The position numbers and the translations under genes are program-made. Shown piece after piece: positions 8,510-17,247 of a stretch of DNA of 41,704 nt. A model generated the notes under the pieces. That model worked only from the letters and a program-made list of their open reading frames with translations, had not been told where the DNA came from and did not search any database. Each line of letters begins with the position of its first letter. The stretch's first letter is position 1. This DNA is from an uncultured Bacilli bacterium (GTDB lineage Bacteria > Bacillota_I > Bacilli_A > RF39 > UBA660): positions 1-41,704 of the forward strand of contig CANROR010000001.1 of the NCBI GenBank assembly GCA_947632275.1, read 5' to 3'.

Positions 8510-8995
8510 TTACTTACTAGTTTTTTTAAATCTTAATCCTAAATAATCGATAAAGGCAAATATAAAGGTGAAAAAATATAAAAAACTAAATAAGAGCATT
8601 AAAGTTAAAACTAATTTTTTATGGATAAAATAACTGCCAATTAAAATTAAGGCTAAACTTAAAATAAAAACAAAGTACCACCAATTATTTTTAAAATTTA
8701 CCTTTTTAAGATTGATTTCTTCATATAATAAATTGACAAGTAAATAAAGCATAATACTAAAGAATAAATATATATCAACGGCCGAATTACCAAACCGCGA
8801 ATAAAGATAAAAAATTACAATTAAAAGGAGTTTATCAACTCGAATAATTTGCCAGATATTTTCTTTTAAATAACTACCATATGTTCCATCAATTTTAGCT
8901 TTTATATATAATTCTTTACCAATATTTAAAAAAATATAAATTAACCAAAGACAAAAACTGAAGATTAAAACAAGATTTTTAAGATTTATGGCCAT
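8510..8995 (-). CDS. Hypothetical polytopic membrane protein
   Basis: Long hydrophobic ORF with about 5 TM segments. ATG at 8995 with GGGTG 5 nt upstream; the track start at 9031 is an alternative. It overlaps the queH 3' end by 17 nt. No motif recognised. Confidence 0.6.
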   Translation of the reverse strand: MAINLKNLVLIFSFCLWLIYIFLNIGKELYIKAKIDGTYGSYLKENIWQIIRVDKLLLIVIFYLYSRFGNSAVDIYLFFSIMLYLLVNLLYEEINLKKVNFKNNWWYFVFILSLALILIGSYFIHKKLVLTLMLLFSFLYFFTFIFAFIDYLGLRFKKTSK

Positions 8996-9590
8996 AATTA
9001 CACCCACAATAATTCTGCCGATACAAATCATATTCCCGGCTTAATTCAATACTTTTTTTATAACCATCTTCTTTTTTAAAATCACTGTATAAAAAAGGAA
9101 TACCTATTTCTTGTGCAATATTTTCCCCAATTTTGTTTATTACTTGACTATTCTTATGCGGACTAACGGTTAAGGTTGTGCCAAAATAATCAAAGCCCTT
9201 TTCTTTAGCTACTTGGGCACATTTTTTTAACCGTAAATTAAAACAAACACTGCATCTTTTGCCGCCTTCGATCTCATTTTCTAAACCAACTATCGCTTTT
9301 TCAAAAGCTTCATTATCATAATCGCAATCCAAAAAAGAAATTTTATTTTGGCCGGAGAAATTTTCTAAAAACTTTATTTGTTCTTGCTTTCGTTTTAGAT
9401 ATTCGGCTTCCGGTTCAATATTCGGATTGTAATAAAAAACAGTAATATCAAAAAATTTAGTTAAAAAACTAATACACGTAGTTGAACAAGGACCGCAGCA
9501 ACTATGTAATAATAATTTCGGGGTTCCTTTTAAATTAGCAATAATTTCTTTTAACTTATTGTGGTAATTCACCACCATTTGTTTCTCCAT
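8979..9590 (-). CDS. queH: Epoxyqueuosine reductase QueH (DUF208)
   Basis: Diagnostic cysteine pattern: HSCCGPCS near the N-terminus, CSVCFNLRL in the middle and YRQNYCGC at the C-terminus. FYYNPNIEP and TLTVSPHK are also present. GAGG lies 9 nt before the ATG. Confidence 0.85.
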   Translation of the reverse strand: MEKQMVVNYHNKLKEIIANLKGTPKLLLHSCCGPCSTTCISFLTKFFDITVFYYNPNIEPEAEYLKRKQEQIKFLENFSGQNKISFLDCDYDNEAFEKAIVGLENEIEGGKRCSVCFNLRLKKCAQVAKEKGFDYFGTTLTVSPHKNSQVINKIGENIAQEIGIPFLYSDFKKEDGYKKSIELSREYDLYRQNYCGCNYGHKS

Positions 9591-10335
9591 TGACTTCGGC
9601 CTCTTTTTCTTTTTCTGCTCTTATTTTATCATAAGTTTTAAAAAGTGCACCATTAAAATTACTATCTAAGTACATTACGCCTTTCGAATTGTCGGTCAAC
9701 GTCGCAATAAATTCTTTATAATTATTTAATTTTTCTAAATTAACAATATTAATATAAACCATATTACCGTCATTCATTTTAAGTAAAAATCGGCCATCAT
9801 CAATCGTAATATTATCTTTGATATCCGGATCATACTCTATTTCACTTATCATATTAATAATAGCCGTATCAATTTTATTTAAAGATTTAACAAAAGACTT
9901 TAAAGTTTTACTAGCCACATAATTAATTAAAGTTGGCACCCCATAGATAGGACTATCTCCGGCGATTTCTTCACCATTACCTAAAACATATTTATTATTA
10001 TTGCTATTTAAAAATAAAACTTTTTCTTCAGTTACGACAATTTTAACTTTACCCAACAGACTTTTCGTAATTTTAACATCACTTATATAATCTAAAGTTT
10101 TAATTTTTTTCTTAATTTTGCCTTTATTTACTTGCCACAAGGAATCATTTACTTTTAAGTTAGTTGCTTTTAAAATATCTTTATCTTTGGTTAAAATATT
10201 ACCTTCAATAATTATATTTTTAATGGGCATTTTATAAATGGCAAAAGCCCCCATGATAATTAAATAGGCACCTAATAAAACAATAATTAAACCTTTAATT
10301 GATAATTTTCTTTTTACAACCGTTTTTGTTTCCAT
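9556..10335 (-). CDS. divIB: Cell division protein DivIB/FtsQ
   Basis: Single TM segment (LIIVLLGAYLIIMGAFAIY) followed by a POTRA-like segment (IKNIIIEGNILTKDKDILKATNLKVNDSLWQV...VKITKSLLGKVKIVVTEEK). Positioned after murG-murB as in dcw clusters. Confidence 0.8.
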   Translation of the reverse strand: METKTVVKRKLSIKGLIIVLLGAYLIIMGAFAIYKMPIKNIIIEGNILTKDKDILKATNLKVNDSLWQVNKGKIKKKIKTLDYISDVKITKSLLGKVKIVVTEEKVLFLNSNNNKYVLGNGEEIAGDSPIYGVPTLINYVASKTLKSFVKSLNKIDTAIINMISEIEYDPDIKDNITIDDGRFLLKMNDGNMVYINIVNLEKLNNYKEFIATLTDNSKGVMYLDSNFNGALFKTYDKIRAEKEKEAEVNGETNGGELPQ

Positions 10336-10339
10336 ATCA

Positions 10340-11224
10340 TCACCATTTGATAATTTCTTGTTCTAATTCTAAATCTATTCCTTTTTCTTCTTTTACTTTG
10401 TTTTTAATTACATTAATTAAATTAATTATATCAGTACTGGTCGCATCTTGATAGTTAATAATAAAATTGGCATGTTTTTCACTTACCTTGGCACCACCAA
10501 TAGTATAGCCTTTTAAGCCACATTCTTCAATTAACTTTCCCGCGACCAAACCAGTCGGATTTTTAAAAACAGAACCGGCACTCCGATATTCCAAAGGTTG
10601 ACTTGCCCTTCTTTTAGCTAAATTCTCATTTATTTCCAATTGGGCGGCTTCGGCATCCCCTTTAATAAGCTTAAGGGTTGCTTTAATTAGGATATCATGG
10701 TTTTCCTTTAAAGAAGTATACCGATAAGAATATTTTAAATTTTCTTTTTTGATAGTTTTAATTTGACCAGTTTCATCTAAAATAGTAATATCAATCACAT
10801 ATTCCATAATCTCCTGATTATAACAACCGGCATTGCCACGAATCGAAGCCCCAATTAAACCGGGAATGCCATGTAAAAAAGCTAAATTGGTATAACTTTG
10901 GGCTAAACATTTATTTACTAAAAGGGCATTGGGGCATCCCGCTTCCACTTCGACCATGTCATCATGAAAAACCATATTTTTTAAAGAATCAAGGACAATA
11001 ATTACACCCTTAAAATCTTCGTCGGGTAAAATAACATTCGATCCCCGGCCTAAAATAAAATAAGGAACCTCTTGCGTTTTTAAAAACTTAATTAAATTAA
11101 CTAAATCGTCGACCGTAAAAGGTTTAATTAAATATTGGGCCTGACCGCCAATACCATAAGTATTATATTTTTTTAAGTCAACATTTTCATAAATATCCCC
11201 AAAGGCTTTTAACTCCGTATTCAT
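10340..11224 (-). CDS. murB: UDP-N-acetylenolpyruvoylglucosamine reductase
   Basis: FAD-binding MurB motifs YGIGGQAQYLIKP, LGRGSNVILPD, and SAGSVFKNP...AGKLIE. ATGA overlap with murG. Confidence 0.92.
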   Translation of the reverse strand: MNTELKAFGDIYENVDLKKYNTYGIGGQAQYLIKPFTVDDLVNLIKFLKTQEVPYFILGRGSNVILPDEDFKGVIIVLDSLKNMVFHDDMVEVEAGCPNALLVNKCLAQSYTNLAFLHGIPGLIGASIRGNAGCYNQEIMEYVIDITILDETGQIKTIKKENLKYSYRYTSLKENHDILIKATLKLIKGDAEAAQLEINENLAKRRASQPLEYRSAGSVFKNPTGLVAGKLIEECGLKGYTIGGAKVSEKHANFIINYQDATSTDIINLINVIKNKVKEEKGIDLELEQEIIKW

Positions 11225-12303
11225 TTTAAAATTTCCTTTATTTCTTGATATATGGTATCACTCGCCGGTTTCACGGCAATCTTTTTTAGTTTTTCGACCA
11301 TTGCCGTATATTTTTCTTCATTATTAATGAGTTCATTAATCGTAATTTGTAAGATATCCGCTTTTAAATTTTTTTCTTCAATTAATTCGGCAACTCCTAA
11401 ATTAACTAAATCTAAAGCATTATAGTATTGATGATTATTAGCTACATACGGACTCGGAATTAAAATGCTCGGAACATTTAAAGCTAAAAGTTCACTGATG
11501 GTTGAAGCCCCTGCCCGCGTAATAATTAAATAAGCATCTTTCATTAAAGCACTTAAATTATCCATATAAGGTACAACTTTAACATTGGCCGGGAAATTTG
11601 TATCTTTAACAAAATCGGCATATAAATTTTTGCCCGCGATATACAAAACTTCATAATCCTCTTCATCAATTAAATTTAAAAAAGGTTTAAATTTTTCATT
11701 TAAAGTTTTACTGCCCAAAGAACCGGCCACAATAATAATTAATTTTTTATTTGGTTTAAAACCCAAGCTTTCTTTTTTTATTTTTTCTAAATTAATAGCG
11801 CCATCGCCACAAGGATTGCCCGTATAAATTACTTTTTTGGCCTTAGGAAAACTATTTAGAGTACTTTCCGAAGATACACAAATTAAGTCAATATTTTTAC
11901 TTAACCAAATATTCGATTTGCCCGGGATACTATTTTGTTCATGTAAAACCGTCTTTATGCCTAATTTTTTGGCCGCTTTTATAACGGGATAAGTCACATA
12001 TCCTCCGACGCCAATTACCACATCCGGTTTAAAATCTTGCATAATATTTAAACATTTTTGATAAGCTTTTTTTATTAAAAGGGCATTTTTTAAATCTTGG
12101 ATAATTTTCGTTTTACTAAAACCATATATTTCTAAAGCTTCATACTTATAGCCCATCTTCGGAACAATATCTTTTTCCATCCGATTATGGGTTCCAATAT
12201 ATAAAACTTCTAAATCTTTTTCTTGTTCTTGAAACTTTTTGATGATTGCTAAAGCTGGATAAATATGGCCACCGGTGCCACCCGCGGAAACAATAATTCT
12301 CAT
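11221..12303 (-). CDS. murG: Undecaprenyldiphospho-muramoylpentapeptide beta-N-acetylglucosaminyltransferase
   Basis: GGTGGHIYPALAI N-terminal motif and GT28 C-terminal domain (ITRAGASTISELLALNVPSILIP). The ATG at 12303 is 5 nt after AGGTGA. The track start at 12312 is a GTG inside that SD. Confidence 0.92.
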   Translation of the reverse strand: MRIIVSAGGTGGHIYPALAIIKKFQEQEKDLEVLYIGTHNRMEKDIVPKMGYKYEALEIYGFSKTKIIQDLKNALLIKKAYQKCLNIMQDFKPDVVIGVGGYVTYPVIKAAKKLGIKTVLHEQNSIPGKSNIWLSKNIDLICVSSESTLNSFPKAKKVIYTGNPCGDGAINLEKIKKESLGFKPNKKLIIIVAGSLGSKTLNEKFKPFLNLIDEEDYEVLYIAGKNLYADFVKDTNFPANVKVVPYMDNLSALMKDAYLIITRAGASTISELLALNVPSILIPSPYVANNHQYYNALDLVNLGVAELIEEKNLKADILQITINELINNEEKYTAMVEKLKKIAVKPASDTIYQEIKEILK

Positions 12304-12433
12304 GATAATCACCTATTTTAATTATACACTAAATAAAGACTAAATAATAATAGAAATTAACTTTTTGACATCTCTTGTCGGTTTGTTTTGGAAACAAAAA
12401 AATTTTTTGTCAACTTTTGCCGAATGATATTTA

Positions 12434-12462
12434 TTTAAATTTTATTATTATAATTTTATAAT
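12434..12462 (+). promoter_or_regulatory. Candidate promoter for the small-peptide mRNA
   Basis: TTTAAA-17 nt-TATAAT (-35 at 12434-12439, -10 at 12457-12462). The predicted TSS falls at the start of GTTACCAGT (12471-12479). The -35 is weak and the context is AT-rich, so this is tentative. Confidence 0.3.
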
Positions 12463-12561
12463 AAATAACCGTTACCAGTTTTATGGCAAGTGCTTACTAT
12501 CTTTCTTTAAAGGGGGTTTTGGTCTTTGAACTTAAAACTTTTAATAAAGGCGGTGGTTTTA

Positions 12562-12642
12562 ATGGATGAAGTTTTTCTTAAGTTAATTATCTTGATCATA
12601 ATCTTAGAATTATGTCAAAATAAAAGCGCTCACCATAAGTAG
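12562..12642 (+). CDS. Putative 26-aa hydrophobic peptide (type I toxin-like)
   Basis: ATG lies 5 nt after the SD-like GGCGGTGG. Translation: MDEVFLKLIILIIILELCQNKSAHHK, a single hydrophobic helix plus a polar/basic tail. It is too short for the ORF track. Its 3' end is covered by a convergent promoter/terminator unit. Confidence 0.35.
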   Translation: MDEVFLKLIILIIILELCQNKSAHHK

Positions 12643-12688
12643 GGAGCACTTACCCAATAGTAGGTGCTACCTACTGGTAACACTTACA
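12617..12688 (-). ncRNA. Putative ~70-nt antisense sRNA (antitoxin-like)
   Basis: It lies downstream of a near-consensus promoter. It contains hairpin GUAGGU-agc-ACCUAC, then AGUGCUC-12 nt-GAGCGCU followed by UUUUAUUUU (an intrinsic terminator). It is antisense to the last 8 codons and 3' UTR of the 26-codon ORF. Confidence 0.4.
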
Positions 12689-12693
12689 TTTTG

Positions 12694-12722
12694 ATTATAA
12701 CTAATAAATTTAACTTTGACAA
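12694..12722 (-). promoter_or_regulatory. Near-consensus sigma-A promoter driving the antisense sRNA (or a murG leader)
   Basis: The minus strand reads TTGTCA-17 nt-TATAAT (-35 at 12722-12717, -10 at 12699-12694), 11 nt downstream of the Wzy-like stop codon. Confidence 0.55.
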
Positions 12723-12732
12723 GTTTTATATT

Positions 12733-14226
12733 TTAATTTTTCTTTTTTCTATTCTTAACATCTTTACTAGTTAGATAAGCAATCATAATTGCATAAATAA
12801 TTAAAGCACTAAAAGTATATTGTTTACTATGGAAAATGCTTTCAATAAAGCCTGAGAAAAGGAAAGCATATAATAGCATAAAACATGTAAATATTTCCCA
12901 TTTTTTATTATTACTTTTAAAAGGATATAGCATCGAGATTATCGTTAGGATAGTTAAAAGAGTTCCTACATAACCCACTTCCGCGGTCAGGTGAATATAC
13001 CCATTATGGGGATATAGAAAATCATTCCGTAATTTATAAACCGAATCATCTTTTAAGTAATCCCGAAAGTTTTGATTAGTGTATAAATAACTATAATTGC
13101 CTACCCCGATTCCAAAGATAGGATGTTCTTTAATTAATTGTTTTCCCATCGCCTTATATTGTTCGCGAACAAAAATTGATTGATTATCTTCAACAGGCTT
13201 GTTATCTTCTGCCGTTGGCGCATCAATCGGCACATCTATTGCTTCTTCATCGGTAGCATCAATATTTTCATCTTGATTTTCTAAAGAAGGACTTTGCATA
13301 TCTTCGCTTTCAATAATTTCTTTTTCATCTGCCTTAAATAAAACATAAAATTTAGTTAAATAGGGATTTAAAGCTACTAAATCAATTTGGTATTTTTCAG
13401 GGGTTTTAATTACGCTATAAACATAATCAAGCGAAGCTTGCATCGCATAATTAGCGCCAGGAATTAAAAGCATTGCTAAAAGAGTTAGAAGAATAGTTAC
13501 CATTGGTAAAACTTTTTTTTGCAAAACCATAACTAAAAAGTAGATACCTAAAAGACTAAAATAAATTAAAATACCACTTCGCGAAAAAGTTAAAATCATG
13601 GCAATACCACTTAAAAAGATTAATAAATTAGCCCAGGACTTTTTTTGGCTTTTCAAAATAAGATAAAAAATAATGGGTACAACAATTAAGACATATTTAT
13701 CATATAAAGTGGCAATATAAAAAGTCGAATTAATCCGCCCTAAAATGCCGGGATATAAATAATTACTATAAGTTACTAAATTAACCCCCGAGAAATATTG
13801 GATAACCCCTAAAAAGGCGGTTACCACAAAAGAAGCTAAAAACACTTTGATTAATTTTTCTTTCAGTAATTCAGTCATATTTAAATTAATTATAATATTT
13901 AAAATTAAAAATAAAGCCCCAAAATTAACTAAACCTTTGATGTTAGCCATATTAAAATGAATACCAAAAATAATGGTTAAACCAAACCATATTAAAGTAA
14001 TTCCGGACAAAACCAAAGGAACCTTTTTTATATTAGACCATTTATAATTTTCGATATTATTTATAAATAAAATAATACTACTAACTCCCGCGATAAAAAT
14101 AATATAATAATTCATAAAATTATCAATGGTGTCTTTATTTATTAAAAAATTTAAGCCTCCAAGACAAACGATAGTTGCTATTAAAAAACTTAAAGTATAT
14201 AAATTTATTTTTTCTTTCTTTTCCAT
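12733..14226 (-). CDS. O-antigen ligase/polymerase family (Wzy_C-type) membrane protein
   Basis: 497 aa with more than 10 TM segments, LTFSRSGILIYF and the late YPHNGYIHLTAEVGYVG motif typical of Wzy_C/WaaL-type proteins. It is the last gene of a Wzx/GT cluster. It carries an acidic insert at aa ~299-349. Confidence 0.7.
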   Translation of the reverse strand: MEKKEKINLYTLSFLIATIVCLGGLNFLINKDTIDNFMNYYIIFIAGVSSIILFINNIENYKWSNIKKVPLVLSGITLIWFGLTIIFGIHFNMANIKGLVNFGALFLILNIIINLNMTELLKEKLIKVFLASFVVTAFLGVIQYFSGVNLVTYSNYLYPGILGRINSTFYIATLYDKYVLIVVPIIFYLILKSQKKSWANLLIFLSGIAMILTFSRSGILIYFSLLGIYFLVMVLQKKVLPMVTILLTLLAMLLIPGANYAMQASLDYVYSVIKTPEKYQIDLVALNPYLTKFYVLFKADEKEIIESEDMQSPSLENQDENIDATDEEAIDVPIDAPTAEDNKPVEDNQSIFVREQYKAMGKQLIKEHPIFGIGVGNYSYLYTNQNFRDYLKDDSVYKLRNDFLYPHNGYIHLTAEVGYVGTLLTILTIISMLYPFKSNNKKWEIFTCFMLLYAFLFSGFIESIFHSKQYTFSALIIYAIMIAYLTSKDVKNRKKKN

Positions 14227-14235
14227 TTTGTACCT

Positions 14236-15192
14236 CTATTTTATTTTCTTTAACCAATAGATTAGTTGAGATGGAAATTTTAAGGTTATCCAGGTCACTA
14301 ATCTATTTTTAAATGATTCTTGTTTTAAATATGTATTATGTTTTAAATCAGAAAATTTACTTAAAACATTTTTTCTTAATTTAGGAATATTTTTTAATCC
14401 TTCCTTATAGTGAGCAAAAAGAATAACGTTACTTCGTAAAATTCCTTTTATATAAATAAATTCTAATTCGGCATGATATTTTTTTAACAAATTTTGCTTT
14501 TGAAATTCCTCATAGATATAATCAGAAATGGGAAAAATATCTTCGTACTTCTTTTTATATTCTTTAGTTCTTATCGTTGATGTATTATTCGTTACATTAT
14601 AAAAATACCATGGTTCATTAAAATAATAAGGATTTTTTGCTTGGGCCGCAAGCAAAGGTATCACGGCAATATCTTCAAAAATTTTTCCTTCATAAAAGGC
14701 AAAATTAGTTTTTAAGATTAATTCATGAGCAATTAGTTTTCCCCAGGGAGCAAAATTGGCTAAAAGCGCATTTTTCTTTTCATCTTTAGTATAAAAATTA
14801 GATTCGATAAAATCACCATTAGCTTCATGCCGATAAAAATCGCAATAAACATAGTCACTATTTTTTGCAATCGCTTTTTGATATAATGTATAAATTGCAT
14901 CTTTTTTAATAAAATCATCAATATCAATAAACATGATATATTGCCCCTTCGCTTTTTTTAACGCTTTATTGCGCGCCACCGCTTGGCCCGCATTTTTTTG
15001 ATTGATAATTTTAATTTGCGAATATTTTAAAGCTAGTTCATGCATTATTTTAAGGGTATGATCCGTACTCCCATCATTAATTAAAAATACTTCAATTTCC
15101 TTTTTTAATTTATCTTGACAAATAAGATCCAAACTGCGTTTTAAATATTTCTCAGCATTAAAACACGGAATTATAACACTGACCTTAATCAT
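14236..15192 (-). CDS. Family 2 glycosyltransferase
   Basis: VSVIIPCFNAEKYLKRSLDLI...INDGSTDHT and the FIDIDD (DxD) motif. The ATG at 15192 forms an ATGA overlap with the upstream GT4 stop and has an AGGA-like SD. The track start at 15210 lacks an SD. Confidence 0.85.
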   Translation of the reverse strand: MIKVSVIIPCFNAEKYLKRSLDLICQDKLKKEIEVFLINDGSTDHTLKIMHELALKYSQIKIINQKNAGQAVARNKALKKAKGQYIMFIDIDDFIKKDAIYTLYQKAIAKNSDYVYCDFYRHEANGDFIESNFYTKDEKKNALLANFAPWGKLIAHELILKTNFAFYEGKIFEDIAVIPLLAAQAKNPYYFNEPWYFYNVTNNTSTIRTKEYKKKYEDIFPISDYIYEEFQKQNLLKKYHAELEFIYIKGILRSNVILFAHYKEGLKNIPKLRKNVLSKFSDLKHNTYLKQESFKNRLVTWITLKFPSQLIYWLKKIK

Positions 15193-16307
15193 TTGAGAAT
15201 TTCCTTCCATTTATTAATAATATTTTCCGTCGTATATTTACTACTTTCTGTATAAGCTTTTTTACTCATATCTTCTAAAAGTTTTTGATCCTTAAGTAAA
15301 GCTTTAATCTTATTAGCCATTTCTTTTATATCGCGGTCTTTAATTAAATAACCGGTTTTCCCTTCTTTTACTAATTCGCGCGGACCAGATAAAACATCGA
15401 AAGAAATGACCGGCAATCCACAGGCATAAGCTTCTAAAATAACCATGGGAAAGCATTCTTTTTGACTCGTTAAACAGTAGATACTTGCTTTTTGCATATA
15501 TTCTTCCACTTCTCGCGGACTAACAAAGCCCGGCATCGCAACCTTTTTTTCTAAACCATATTCTTTAACTTTGGCCTTAATAACTTCTTTTTGAATGCCA
15601 TCACCTAATAAATAGAGCTTGATATTATCCGTTTTTAATTCCTTCATTACTTCCATTAAACTTAAAAAATCTTTAACTTTATCAAAACGTCCTGCGGCGA
15701 CAATACTTTTCGGAAAACTTTTGCGCGTATATTTAGGCCGATTTTCTAAAATGTTGGGAATTCTTACAATTTTTACCTTGGTATTTTGAAAATATTTTTG
15801 ATAAGTTTCTTCATGCCATTTACTTATAACTACCACATAATCTAAATTGCGAAAGTCGCAACTTATTTTGTGAAAGTATTCTTCATTATCAATAAAATTA
15901 TGTTCTTGGGTTAATTTTAATTTAACATTTTGACCATATTTACTAAGTAGCTTTCCATATTCCGTCCGCGTTGAAAAATAAATATCAGCATCATTAAGTA
16001 ATATTTCTTTTTTGATTAATTTCTTTTTTAAATACAAAATTTTTAAAGATTTTAAACCAATTAAAAAAGTTTGCCAAAATTTATGTTCCCGATATTTTTG
16101 CCAAAAGATATTTCGGGTTGGCACTTCTTTCGTTAAATATTTTACTTTAACTCTGGGATCAATTTGGTAGGGAATAACTTCAGGATAATGATAAAAAACG
16201 GCCAATTCGACATCATAAAAATTGGCTAACGCATTTGCCATCAAGATTGTTTGTTTTTCGGCTCCCCCATAGTTTAAATGGAGCATTAATATTTTAATCT
16301 TGGCCAT
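15189..16307 (-). CDS. Family 4 (GT-B) glycosyltransferase
   Basis: C-terminal GT1/GT4 signature ECFPMVILEAYACGLPVISFDV...RELVKEGKTGYL (E-x7-E). Confidence 0.85.
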   Translation of the reverse strand: MAKIKILMLHLNYGGAEKQTILMANALANFYDVELAVFYHYPEVIPYQIDPRVKVKYLTKEVPTRNIFWQKYREHKFWQTFLIGLKSLKILYLKKKLIKKEILLNDADIYFSTRTEYGKLLSKYGQNVKLKLTQEHNFIDNEEYFHKISCDFRNLDYVVVISKWHEETYQKYFQNTKVKIVRIPNILENRPKYTRKSFPKSIVAAGRFDKVKDFLSLMEVMKELKTDNIKLYLLGDGIQKEVIKAKVKEYGLEKKVAMPGFVSPREVEEYMQKASIYCLTSQKECFPMVILEAYACGLPVISFDVLSGPRELVKEGKTGYLIKDRDIKEMANKIKALLKDQKLLEDMSKKAYTESSKYTTENIINKWKEILK

Positions 16308-16334
16308 TTTTCTTTCCCTCCCTACTTTAAATAT

Positions 16335-17246
16335 TTAATATTTTATTTTATACATTAATTTTTTTAATTTTCGTCCTAAAGTATCCGCGACTAAAAAATT
16401 ACTAACCTTTGCTTCTTTAATTAACCTTTTCGCTTTTCCTAACTTATCTTTATCCAAAGTTTTAACTTTTGATAAAATGCCATTGGCATAATAACTTTTT
16501 AAATATTTTTTACATTGCATATTTATATTATCACAATTATCAATTTTTTTTAAGTTATTCTTAAAAAAATAAAGATAATCAATAAATTTTTGCCATTCTT
16601 TTTCTTTATTAGTACTTAAACTATTGGCTCTAATAACATAATTATAACCGGCAAAATTAAGACAACTTATTGTCTCGGCCTTCATTAAAACTAAAGGAAT
16701 AAGACCAAAATCTTCATGTAAGCGCCCTTTAGCAAATTTAAAATCATGCTTCAACCAAAATTCTTTTTTAAAGCAATATAACCAAGCCGCTTCGACGAAA
16801 GGATCTTTTAAAATGGTCATGATGGCTTCACTCGCCTTTTTTAATCTAAATGGGGTACTAGCAATTTTAACTTTTTCCTTGTCCTCAATTTTATTTAAAG
16901 CCAAACGCAAGACATCCGGCTTATCTTGCCTGACAACCTCATTGATTTTTTGAAGTAAATCTTTTTCAATATAATCATCACTATCAATAAATAAAAGATA
17001 ATCGCCACTTATTTTCTTTAACCCATAATTTCGAGCATCGGATAAACCACCATTGGTTTTATTAAATACCAAAAAATTCTTTTTCTTTTGGCAAAATTCC
17101 TTAACTTTTGCTAAAGAATTATCCGTCGAACCATCATTAACAATAATGACTTCATAGTTTTTATACGTTTGATTATAAATACTATCTAAACATTTAATGA
17201 CGTAATCTTCGACATTATAAACAGGAACAATAATACTAAATTTCAT
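16335..17246 (-). CDS. Family 2 glycosyltransferase
   Basis: FSIIVPVYNVEDYVIKCLDSIYNQTYKNYEVIIVNDGSTDNS and FIDSDD. Confidence 0.88.
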   Translation of the reverse strand: MKFSIIVPVYNVEDYVIKCLDSIYNQTYKNYEVIIVNDGSTDNSLAKVKEFCQKKKNFLVFNKTNGGLSDARNYGLKKISGDYLLFIDSDDYIEKDLLQKINEVVRQDKPDVLRLALNKIEDKEKVKIASTPFRLKKASEAIMTILKDPFVEAAWLYCFKKEFWLKHDFKFAKGRLHEDFGLIPLVLMKAETISCLNFAGYNYVIRANSLSTNKEKEWQKFIDYLYFFKNNLKKIDNCDNINMQCKKYLKSYYANGILSKVKTLDKDKLGKAKRLIKEAKVSNFLVADTLGRKLKKLMYKIKY

Positions 17247-17247
17247 C

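Noticed and set aside
12313-12732. Considered whether the structured 420-nt gap is 6S RNA, SRP RNA, tmRNA or a riboswitch leader for murG.
   Set aside because: - I saw no SRP domain IV motif and no tmRNA ends.
- The fold is a three-way junction rather than the long 6S-type hairpin with a central bubble.
- The sequence complementary to the terminator arm lies downstream of the terminator, so it cannot act as a co-transcriptional antiterminator.
- The convergent-promoter-plus-small-ORF reading fits better, although a minus-strand ncRNA is kept open as an alternative in the finding.
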